From a virus (Duplodnaviria > Caudoviricetes): 64,000 bases of DNA. A model generated the notes under the pieces. It had not been told where the DNA came from. It was given only the letters and a program-made list of their open reading frames with translations, and did not search any database. The first letter of the stretch is position 1, and the number at the start of each line of letters is the position of its first letter. Positions 44,357 through 51,996 of the stretch are shown one piece after another. Where the stretch lies: positions 259-64,258 of the IMG/VR virus record IMGVR_UViG_3300012007_000677; one strand, 5' to 3'. The translations under genes were made by a program, and so were the position numbers.

Positions 44357-44788
44357 TTAGTTATTTGTACCGGTTTTCCTCAACACAGAAAACACGGTGG
44401 TTTGCAATTCGCTCGGGTACGCCGGGCGCGAAGACACCAGATTGCCCTCCTTGTCGTAGTAACCAATCATGCTGCTCTCTTCGTCAAGGAACTTGTAGCA
44501 ATCTTCCGTCGCTTCGTCGGCCTTGTTTTTAAGATGGAAGATAAGGTGCTCTTTCTCCGACGTCAGCGGCTTCATTCGCTCCTTGATGTCATCCAACACC
44601 TTCTTCTTCTCGGCCTCAATGTCCGAGATCTTAATACTCACGCTCATCAGAGACTCTTTCATCGCAGACAGCTGAGTCTGGGAAAATGGTCTGTTGAACG
44701 TAATTTCTTCAACTGCATCACAGGTGTTTTTCAGAAACTCTTCACGCTCCTCAACGGCAACGTCCTGTGCTAATTTCTTTTCTAACAT
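44357..44788 (-). CDS. Conserved phage coiled-coil protein
   Basis: 143 aa; YYDKEGNLVSSRP. Confidence 0.6.
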   Translation of the reverse strand: MLEKKLAQDVAVEEREEFLKNTCDAVEEITFNRPFSQTQLSAMKESLMSVSIKISDIEAEKKKVLDDIKERMKPLTSEKEHLIFHLKNKADEATEDCYKFLDEESSMIGYYDKEGNLVSSRPAYPSELQTTVFSVLRKTGTNN

Positions 44789-44809
44789 AGTTTACTTTAT
44801 TTTGGTTAA

Positions 44810-45025
44810 TTACACAATATCGTCCGGCACTTCCTGAAACCCGATGGCACGCATACGCTGCAGCGTCGTGTTGATGTAGGTTATCAGCGACGAGTCACAA
44901 TGCTCCACTTGCTTACGGTTCATACCGCCGTTCGCCAGCCGCCGATGGGCGCGCATAGTCTCTGTCACCAACAGGAAGAAGCGAAACGCCTCCAGGTTGG
45001 TGATTTCAGGTTTTGGTCCGTTCAT
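44810..45025 (-). CDS. Hypothetical protein
   Basis: Start at MNGPK overlapping the upstream stop. Confidence 0.5.
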   Translation of the reverse strand: MNGPKPEITNLEAFRFFLLVTETMRAHRRLANGGMNRKQVEHCDSSLITYINTTLQRMRAIGFQEVPDDIV

Positions 45026-45156
45026 GTTGCAGCCCTCCACATCTCTTGCACACTGGGATACCCCATCAGGGTTCCGGCGATGGTGACAAACATGGTCGAT
45101 GCAACTATCGCTGTCATCACGATGTCCATCGAACTCTCTAAAATTCTCTTACCCAT
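45022..45156 (-). CDS. Small membrane peptide, first gene of the early operon (44 aa, not in the ORF track)
   Basis: MGKRILESSMDIVMTAIVASTMFVTIAGTLMGYPSVQEMWRAAT; ATGA overlap with the next gene. Confidence 0.5.
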   Translation of the reverse strand: MGKRILESSMDIVMTAIVASTMFVTIAGTLMGYPSVQEMWRAAT

Positions 45157-45283
45157 TTTTCTCTCGTTTTTTAGTTAAAAAATCTAAATCATACTCTCTC
45201 TATTTCTCTTTTTTATTATATTTGCATTTCTAAACACATATATATTTAGATTTCGAAACACACTTGCAAACGAAAATCTGGTG

Positions 45284-45315
45284 CAAATGTAATACTATTT
45301 ATTACAATACGCAAA
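45284..45315 (-). promoter_or_regulatory. Early lytic promoter TTTG-N20-TACATTTG with overlapping operator TGTAATA-N5-TATTACA (45288-45306)
   Basis: + strand caaatgta at 45284-45291 and caaa at 45312-45315; palindrome overlapping the -7 box and spacer. Confidence 0.75.
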
Positions 45316-45412
45316 TTTGTAATCGATTTTATTTCGTTATTTATGGAATTTTAACACAAATTGTATTACAAGGCACAAAAAACAGGTAAAATAATACAAA
45401 TAACTTTGTACC

Positions 45413-45733
45413 ATGAAAATTGAAAGAGTAAACCTTGGGGAATCTATCCGAAACAAAGTTGAAGAACTTGGACTATCTCAGGCCGAATTTGCCAGAAGAA
45501 TTGGGATGGCTCGCCAAAACGTGACCAAAATGGTTTTTGAGCGCGCAAGCATTGACACGAACTTGCTATGCCGTATTTCGGAAGAATTAGAGTGTAATTT
45601 CTTTGATTACTTTAAGAGTAATCCAGGAAATGACAAAACCGAGCTTAAGGCAACAATAACCATTGAGCTGGGAGAAAGAAAACAAGACCGTACGGTTCAC
45701 TTTGTTTTCGGCGAGAATGATATTAAATTATGA
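45413..45733 (+). CDS. XRE-family HTH prophage repressor
   Basis: LGLSQAEFARRIGMARQNVTKM; divergent from the early operon. Confidence 0.85.
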   Translation: MKIERVNLGESIRNKVEELGLSQAEFARRIGMARQNVTKMVFERASIDTNLLCRISEELECNFFDYFKSNPGNDKTELKATITIELGERKQDRTVHFVFGENDIKL

Positions 45734-46092
45734 GTAGCGAAATCGCCAAACAGAACAATATTACTATCGGTGCTTTGTGGCCCACAGTGGAGTCCATAAA
45801 CATCAGCGTTGAGGAGAATAACCAGCGCATCTACGAGGAAATCAAACGAACTCCTCCAAAAGGAAGAAGATATAGCTCATCAGATGTTTGCGATTTTAGC
45901 TTCCAATGCATCAACCCGGGCTGTACCTCCAAAAATATCGATTTGTTTGAATTTGTAAGCAATATGGTACAGCAGCATAAAACAAACGAAAATGGAGACA
46001 AAGAATGCAATGGGCGAACGGGCAAATTTTATAAGACAAGCTGCGGCTCTGTCTTAACCTATGTGATTAACATAACTTATCGCGATGCGTAA
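45730..46092 (+). CDS. Hypothetical Cys-rich protein in the immunity operon
   Basis: FQCINPGCT...ECNG...SCG. Confidence 0.55.
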   Translation: MSSEIAKQNNITIGALWPTVESINISVEENNQRIYEEIKRTPPKGRRYSSSDVCDFSFQCINPGCTSKNIDLFEFVSNMVQQHKTNENGDKECNGRTGKFYKTSCGSVLTYVINITYRDA

Positions 46093-46621
46093 AAGAACAA
46101 CAAATGTATTACTGGCGTCTTCTTTTGCGTGCCTTCTTCTAATGTCTGCGTGCAATCAAATTCACATACAAAAGACAGAAGACAACGTTTCTGGGGAAAA
46201 AGTTTATAGCAACATTGTGCGCGAAGAGGATATTGCTGGTGATATTAAGGTAGAGAAGATATATAAGAACGCCTGCGAAGCAAAAAACGAACGAGACGAA
46301 GATATTCGCCGCCTTTGGTCTGTTGCTCCGTGTGTTGACAGTGCGATCAAACTAGTTCCCTATATTGATAGACAATATGAACACGAACTAATGAACTGGG
46401 AGCTGTGCCAGATTCTTTTCAAAAGGCTTGACCAACTAAAGAGCCAACTTTCTGGACAAAAAGAATACGACGAAAAAACAATGCAAGCAATCCGCGATGT
46501 TAAGTCATATTTTATAAAGATAGAGAACGACGACAAGGCCCTTAGAATAGAAATGAAAATCTTAAAAGACGAGCTTCTGCTTGAAAGGATTGTGCGCGCC
46601 CCGTTTTGCATCACTCGCTAA
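46085..46621 (+). CDS. Lipoprotein (possible superinfection exclusion)
   Basis: MRKR + hydrophobic core + lipobox LMSA-C; co-transcribed with the repressor. Confidence 0.6.
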   Translation: MRKRTTNVLLASSFACLLLMSACNQIHIQKTEDNVSGEKVYSNIVREEDIAGDIKVEKIYKNACEAKNERDEDIRRLWSVAPCVDSAIKLVPYIDRQYEHELMNWELCQILFKRLDQLKSQLSGQKEYDEKTMQAIRDVKSYFIKIENDDKALRIEMKILKDELLLERIVRAPFCITR

Positions 46622-46854
46622 CCTCTGAGGCTTCTCAGACTCTTCTCAGACTGTTCTCAGAGGGTTCAAAGCGGAGTCTCAATGCCGATAAACAGGGCGC
46701 TTGCTACGTTGTTGTACCGTTTGTTCGGTGTCCCCTGGCATCGTCTGCGCTATATTGTTTCGTCATCGCGGTGCTGTTTGTTGCCATCGCCTGAAGGCTC
46801 GGCCGCATTGCTTACGCAAAGCACCCAGACTGTTCAAATGTTAAAACGCAAACA

Positions 46855-46879
46855 ATCCCCTCGGTAATACCGAAGGGAT
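46855..46879. terminator. Hairpin between convergent operons
   Basis: ATCCCCTCGGT-AAT-ACCGAAGGGAT. Confidence 0.55.
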
Positions 46880-46906
46880 GTCTGCTTATCTTAAGAAAAA
46901 AACTTT

Positions 46907-47341
46907 TTATTTCCCCAGTTCTATCACATAATCTTCCCTGAAGATTTTATGATATTCCGTAGGAGGTATCATCGCTCCCTCTAAGGGCGTGTTCTGTGTT
47001 TTCAGATACATCACACCTCTTATAGCCCCGTGTCCGAAAGAAGCGCACTGAGCCAAGAAGTTTGCGGGTACAACCAGCCTGTTCTCTTCTGTCATGTTCT
47101 TTACAGAATCGGGATGCAGCTCTATGTATGTGCAAAATTCAATATCCAGCACCGAATTTATTCCTTGCACAAAGGACATACTTATGGTGCATTTCAAGAC
47201 CTTCTTCTCTGCATTGTATGCAAAGCCAATGTTGTTTTGGATTTCTACACCAACACCGTCCGTGTAATTTTCCCATGCAGGTCTGAACTGAGTCAGTTCA
47301 AACCCGGCCAACTTATATTCTATATTTTTCTGTTTGTTCAT
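46907..47341 (-). CDS. SecB-like chaperone (TAC system)
   Basis: Four-strand plus helix SecB pattern ending GHGAIRGVM...MIPP; start placed at MNKQK. Confidence 0.75.
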   Translation of the reverse strand: MNKQKNIEYKLAGFELTQFRPAWENYTDGVGVEIQNNIGFAYNAEKKVLKCTISMSFVQGINSVLDIEFCTYIELHPDSVKNMTEENRLVVPANFLAQCASFGHGAIRGVMYLKTQNTPLEGAMIPPTEYHKIFREDYVIELGK

Positions 47342-47355
47342 GGTTCGCTCGTTTA

Positions 47356-47751
47356 CTATCCGACACACTTTTGCGCAAAACTGTACTCCCGTTCTTTAGA
47401 ATAATGCAGAGAAAACACATTGCCACAGTCTTCTTCCGGCCTTTGAACAAAAGAGAATTTGTAAATAGACGTATTCAACAAGTTCACTCCCAAGGCGTGT
47501 TCTATTACAGTCAAGGTATCTACAGTAAAGTTTCTGTCACCGGACAGCCAGTCCGACACCTCAGATTCCGTTTTGCCGACCAGTCTTGCAAATTCCTTTT
47601 GTGTAAGCCCCTTGCTTTTCATTGCATCGCCGATCTTCACGGCAAGGCGCATTCTGTTCCGGGTTTTGAGCAGGTTCTCCTCATTGATATTGGCTAACAT
47701 GCTGGCCAACACCCCCGTTGCTTTCTTCTTTTCTACCGGTTTCATTCTCAT
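47356..47751 (-). CDS. HigA-like XRE antitoxin with aromatic-rich C-terminal extension
   Basis: GLTQKEFARLVGKTESEVSDWLSGDRNFTVDTL...ALG plus a ~40-aa tail. Confidence 0.8.
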   Translation of the reverse strand: MRMKPVEKKKATGVLASMLANINEENLLKTRNRMRLAVKIGDAMKSKGLTQKEFARLVGKTESEVSDWLSGDRNFTVDTLTVIEHALGVNLLNTSIYKFSFVQRPEEDCGNVFSLHYSKEREYSFAQKCVG

Positions 47752-48212
47752 AGTTCTCTTAGGGTTCCGTCTTGTCCCACTTTAAGTTCTCCGTTGCTTA
47801 TTCTTCGATTTATCTCTTTGGCGATTTCCTTCATTAACTGAGCTTTCTCATTGAGCGGCGGATAATCCTGATATGCTCTGACCTGGGGTGGTTTATATCC
47901 CCCGGAGCCTAACAGGATAAGCATGTCATTAAAATATATGCCATATAGTCTCAGCGTGCCGGTCCTGTCTATGGCCACCATGCCGTCTGCCCAATCGCCT
48001 TCACCTTCTTTAAACAGACTTCTTACGCACCCCGTATCGTTGGCCATCACATACAATCTTTCAAAAATCTTCTGTATGTCTTTCCTGTATTTAGCGTTTT
48101 CTTCAAAGAACTGTTCCAAAAGCGAACTTTCCTCACCATCCATCACGACAGAGTATATACGAGCCATCTTGCCCGACAAATCCTCAATCTCTTTGATGGA
48201 AAAATCTCTCAT
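47748..48212 (-). CDS. HigB/RelE-like toxin
   Basis: LEQFFEE...KIFERL...LRLYGIYFNDMLILLGSGGYK; upstream of the antitoxin. Confidence 0.7.
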   Translation of the reverse strand: MRDFSIKEIEDLSGKMARIYSVVMDGEESSLLEQFFEENAKYRKDIQKIFERLYVMANDTGCVRSLFKEGEGDWADGMVAIDRTGTLRLYGIYFNDMLILLGSGGYKPPQVRAYQDYPPLNEKAQLMKEIAKEINRRISNGELKVGQDGTLREL

Positions 48213-48229
48213 TCGCTGGTTTTATCGCA

Positions 48230-48262
48230 CAAAAATATTAAAATAATTCGGATAAAACCAAA
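48230..48262 (-). promoter_or_regulatory. TAC promoter TTTG-N21-TATTTTTG
   Basis: + strand caaaaata at 48230-48237 and caaa at 48259-48262. Confidence 0.7.
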
Positions 48263-48273
48263 TTCTTCTCAAT

Positions 48274-48303
48274 AAAAACGCACAAAAACGCACAAAAACG
48301 CAC
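48274..48303. repeat. AAAAACGCAC x3
   Basis: Exact 10-bp tandem repeat upstream of the TAC promoter. Confidence 0.9.
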
Positions 48304-48405
48304 AAATCCGTTCAAAATCCGTGCATTTACTGACGAAATCAACGTGCAAACCGCAAAAACCTATCCTGGTTCTGTTTGCTGCCACTCTGTGGCCGCGCGT
48401 CATGC

Positions 48406-48461
48406 TCATTGTTCAATGGTCAATGTTTAATGGTCAATGTTCAATTGTCAATGTTTAATGA
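48406..48461. repeat. Heptamer tandem repeat (consensus TCAATGT) x8
   Basis: tcattgt tcaatgg tcaatgt ttaatgg tcaatgt tcaattg tcaatgt ttaatga; overlaps the spanin stop codon. Confidence 0.85.
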
Positions 48462-49059
48462 ACCTTATCCACATCCACACAACGGCGGCAATGAAGAGGA
48501 AGATAATGCCACCAAAGATGCTCTGCTTGATTTTGTCCCAGAAGGAAAGCTCTTTGATGACCGTCTCTTTGTCGCGAAGCTCATGTGTCAGGGAGTCTAT
48601 CCGGCTCCTGTACGACTGCTCGCGCACGCTGTCCGAGACGTACACGAACTCCGTGCGCACACTATCGCGCCAGCGGTCGCGCCACAGAGTGTCGTGTATC
48701 GCCTCTTTCTCCTTCTCGCTCCTCACGGTGCGGATATCGCGCGTGCCGTCGGCATTGATGATGACAAATGTGCTATCGTGGACCTCATGCCAATGCTCCC
48801 TGTCGGTGATGCTATTCACGGTCTCTCCGGCGTTCACGCTGGTTGTCACGTTGCTGTCCCGCCGGGCAATGTGCGCCATGCTGTCCGTGGTCTGCTCAAT
48901 GTGCTTTTTTTGCGTTGTATCCGTCACCACCTTCGACGTGCTGCTGCAGCCCGCACACATCAACACCATCCCGGCAATCACCGCCACATACAACACAATA
49001 TACATCGCTGTCAGCGCAATGTCATGCCACGCCTGCTTATCTCCTTCGTTCATAGTCAT
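48448..49059 (-). CDS. Unimolecular spanin-like lipoprotein
   Basis: Lipobox MCAG-C near the N-terminus and a C-terminal TM (IFGGIIFLFIAAVVWMWI), in the lysis cassette. Confidence 0.7.
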   Translation of the reverse strand: MTMNEGDKQAWHDIALTAMYIVLYVAVIAGMVLMCAGCSSTSKVVTDTTQKKHIEQTTDSMAHIARRDSNVTTSVNAGETVNSITDREHWHEVHDSTFVIINADGTRDIRTVRSEKEKEAIHDTLWRDRWRDSVRTEFVYVSDSVREQSYRSRIDSLTHELRDKETVIKELSFWDKIKQSIFGGIIFLFIAAVVWMWIRFIKH

Positions 49060-49649
49060 ACAAAATCAGAATAAATAAATGTTTTGTCGTTAAACTCTAC
49101 CCTACCATGTATCTTAGCCCACAGCCAAGGAATAGGCAGCAAACAGCGCCAGCCGTGGATGCCTTTGAACCCCACGCCGTCCCCATCGTAAGCCAGTGGA
49201 TAATATGTCTCTATCGCCTCCCAGGGCACCTTGCGATTGATGCGCGTCACAACGGCCCGGCCGTGACAGACAAGCTGATGCTTAAGCCAAGTCATTGCCG
49301 CAAACGCTTCGTACGTCACCTCTCGGCCCTCGTAGGTCAGCTCAAAATACACCGGGTCTCTCTCTGCCTCGCCAGGCTTTAATCTTGCCAGAAGAGGCAA
49401 CAAAACTTTGTACACCTCGTCTCTGCTTCGCCAGGGTCCGTGGTGGATGTAAAGTTTGCCGTCCTTGTGCAGCCGTACCCTGATATCAAACAGCCTCACA
49501 CCGGCATCATAGAGCTCCACCAGCGTCTTACTCTGACAGCGGGCAAAGGGCGTCAGTGGCCAGCTCCAAAAACAGCCCCTCTCGCCGGTTGCTGCATTAT
49601 GTGCGCCAATCTTATTCATTTTTCTCTTTGTCTTTTTCTTTTTCTTCAA
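49056..49649 (-). CDS. PI-PLC X-domain-like phosphodiesterase
   Basis: IGAHNA...CQSKTLVELYDAGVRLFDIRV...IHHG. Confidence 0.7.
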   Translation of the reverse strand: MKKKKKTKRKMNKIGAHNAATGERGCFWSWPLTPFARCQSKTLVELYDAGVRLFDIRVRLHKDGKLYIHHGPWRSRDEVYKVLLPLLARLKPGEAERDPVYFELTYEGREVTYEAFAAMTWLKHQLVCHGRAVVTRINRKVPWEAIETYYPLAYDGDGVGFKGIHGWRCLLPIPWLWAKIHGRVEFNDKTFIYSDFV

Positions 49650-50187
49650 GCATCTTTCTCAGGGTGAGCAGCTGTTCGTCCGTGAAGCGCCCGTCTTTTT
49701 TAAGCTCATCGAGCGTGATATCGAAGTGACGCTCTGTCTTATCAATCATGATGCGCTGCAGCATCTTCCAAAAGCGACTCTCGTTCTCGTCGCGGCAGCT
49801 GCTCTCATTCTCCAGTATCGACCACGCTTGTTCAAACAGTATGGCGCCGGTCATGATGTAGGTCAGATGCGTATCGACGTGAACAAACACCCAATGCTCT
49901 GCTGTCCACGCCATCAGCACAGCCCACAGCCGCTTCGGGATGGTCGTCTTCACCACCTTGCCAAAAGCGAACGACGTGAAGTATATCTCCTGGCGTGCCT
50001 TTTTTGTTGGGTATTTGGCATGTACCCGCCGATCGAGCTGAAATGCCGTCCATGCGTCGTACAGGATGAAGACCATCGTCACGGCCATGAGAGGAAAGAC
50101 CGGACGAAACTCCTCAACGAGCCATCCCACAGCACCTCCTGCGCTCACAAACACTGCCTTCCAAGCATTATCGACAAAACGAATCAT
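49612..50187 (-). CDS. Holin
   Basis: Several TM segments; ILYDAWTA; EQAWSILENES; charged C-terminus. Confidence 0.75.
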   Translation of the reverse strand: MIRFVDNAWKAVFVSAGGAVGWLVEEFRPVFPLMAVTMVFILYDAWTAFQLDRRVHAKYPTKKARQEIYFTSFAFGKVVKTTIPKRLWAVLMAWTAEHWVFVHVDTHLTYIMTGAILFEQAWSILENESSCRDENESRFWKMLQRIMIDKTERHFDITLDELKKDGRFTDEQLLTLRKMLEEKEKDKEKNE

Positions 50188-50201
50188 TTAACAAGGGCCT
50201 C

Positions 50202-50699
50202 TTAAAGTTGATACCTGCTCCAATCAACGCTGTCTTTTTCTTGCCACCCCTCGTTCAAACATTCGTTGATATAGGCGATGGCACTTATGTAGAAGTCTCG
50301 CAATTCGGTTAGCGTTTCGAAGGTGTGGTACACCGGCTCACCGGCATATTCTCCCAACTTGAATTTCACTGGGAGATTCTGGCCTCCGCTTTGTAACGCA
50401 ATATCATAAGCAGCCTTGAAGTTAAACTGATTCTCCGCCGATAGCCAAACACGAACACCATTCCAAATGAAGCCGTTGGTGATTCGCTCGTCTGTCTCGG
50501 CGTTGATGCCGTTCAACACGACATCCTTTATCGCGCCCAAGGTTGGCACATACTCCACTCTGGCAACGGAATACTGCCATTGCTTGCCACGCTCGTCTTC
50601 TATGAGTGTTTCGCCCCACAGAACGAGATAGATGTGCCTCTGATTATTGATACACAACACAAGATTATCTTGCTTCTCTACAAATATTGTCTTTTTCAT
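50202..50699 (-). CDS. Tail-fibre-associated protein (DUF4376-like)
   Basis: GFIWNGVRVWLSAENQFNFKAAYD...LPVKFKLG; follows the fibre gene. Confidence 0.55.
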   Translation of the reverse strand: MKKTIFVEKQDNLVLCINNQRHIYLVLWGETLIEDERGKQWQYSVARVEYVPTLGAIKDVVLNGINAETDERITNGFIWNGVRVWLSAENQFNFKAAYDIALQSGGQNLPVKFKLGEYAGEPVYHTFETLTELRDFYISAIAYINECLNEGWQEKDSVDWSRYQL

Positions 50700-50703
50700 C
50701 GTT

Positions 50704-51915
50704 TTATACCGGAGTTGCAGCCTTAAAAACTGCTATGTTTGTTGTAACTTCAATCGGGCCGTGATAAGCTAGACGGGATGCGGCGTTTGGCGATGCATAC
50801 GACGTATCACCACTCGCGTTTAAAAACGTAATGCCGCAGGCAGATGACGCCCGCTCAGAAGAACGACAGACATAAGAAGTGCCAGTAGAGCCATAAAACG
50901 CATCACAATAGCCTGCAGCATCACTACCCGAGGTCTGGTCAGGAAGAGGAATTAGGTCAAGATACTCACCCCAGTGAAGTTTTTTGGAATACACCCACGC
51001 CCTACTATTTGGTGCCAATACGGTGCGAACGATTCCGTCATCTTCCGTGATAGTCCAAGTGCCGTTATTGGCAACAACGCTCTGCATCCACTCGGATTTA
51101 TTGCCCCACCAGTTTTCCAAGCCCCAAAAGTTAATAGACATAGAATTACCATTAGCGGAAGTGGTGTCAGTCATGCCAAGAGTGTTGGTTTCCCCAGTTG
51201 TCTTACTGTTAGAGGATGTCCCCGCGCCACATTGAGACTGACAGTGTGTGTTGCCATACTTGCAGCAGTATAGCGTACCCATAAGGTTGTGGTGTTGAGG
51301 CTTGGTAATAGAAAAACCAGACCCGCGACTTGCCGCGTAGTCAACATACTGTGTTTGAGGATATCCACCAGTACTTTGTCTGCCGCTCCAAGAATAGAGT
51401 TTGCCTGTCTCGGAATACGCCTCATAAACACCTATAAGGTCATTGTTGGGAAACAATCGGCCCCCGTTGTCTTTCGTGCTGATGTGAATGTAGACCTTAT
51501 CTCCTTCCCTCGCAGCTATTGCATAGATGTCTGGATGCCGCATCCATACGTCGCCCATTGTGCCATCAAGTGCGGCTGCAGTTGTTCCGTCAAAGAAGTA
51601 GTTACTGTTCGCATCAGAGAGTTGACAAAGAAGCATCTTGCGACCACCGCTGCCAGTATCAATATACTTGCCAAGGTATCTGTGCGACTGGTTGCGAATC
51701 TGTTGTATGTACTGCCCGTTTACATCGCCGCTTACTCGCGTCATGGGGTCATCAATACTCTCGTCTATAATGATGACATCCTCTATAGGAGTGAGAAGCG
51801 AAACGATATTATTTTCTATTTTAATTCCCTGCCCTGCCGTTAGTTTTTTTTGGGCATAAGGGTCATTGATGCTAAATTCTGTCGAACCGATTCGTATCCC
51901 CGAAACATGATCCAT
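50704..51915 (-). CDS. Tail fibre / receptor-binding protein with C-type-lectin (FGE-like, DGR-target-type) C-terminus
   Basis: NFWGLENWWGNKSEW; YCDAFY...VCRS...G...NAS...SYASPNAASRLAY. Confidence 0.75.
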   Translation of the reverse strand: MDHVSGIRIGSTEFSINDPYAQKKLTAGQGIKIENNIVSLLTPIEDVIIIDESIDDPMTRVSGDVNGQYIQQIRNQSHRYLGKYIDTGSGGRKMLLCQLSDANSNYFFDGTTAAALDGTMGDVWMRHPDIYAIAAREGDKVYIHISTKDNGGRLFPNNDLIGVYEAYSETGKLYSWSGRQSTGGYPQTQYVDYAASRGSGFSITKPQHHNLMGTLYCCKYGNTHCQSQCGAGTSSNSKTTGETNTLGMTDTTSANGNSMSINFWGLENWWGNKSEWMQSVVANNGTWTITEDDGIVRTVLAPNSRAWVYSKKLHWGEYLDLIPLPDQTSGSDAAGYCDAFYGSTGTSYVCRSSERASSACGITFLNASGDTSYASPNAASRLAYHGPIEVTTNIAVFKAATPV

Positions 51916-51996
51916 TTTTTCTCGTGTTATATGTTAATAATAAAGCCCCCTCCCGCCCTGCTTGACGGGAGGGAGCCTTAATTGCTCGATAAGCAC

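Noticed and set aside
51944-51979. Terminator between the two fibre genes
   Set aside because: Hairpin is present but the U tract is weak; not confidently assigned.
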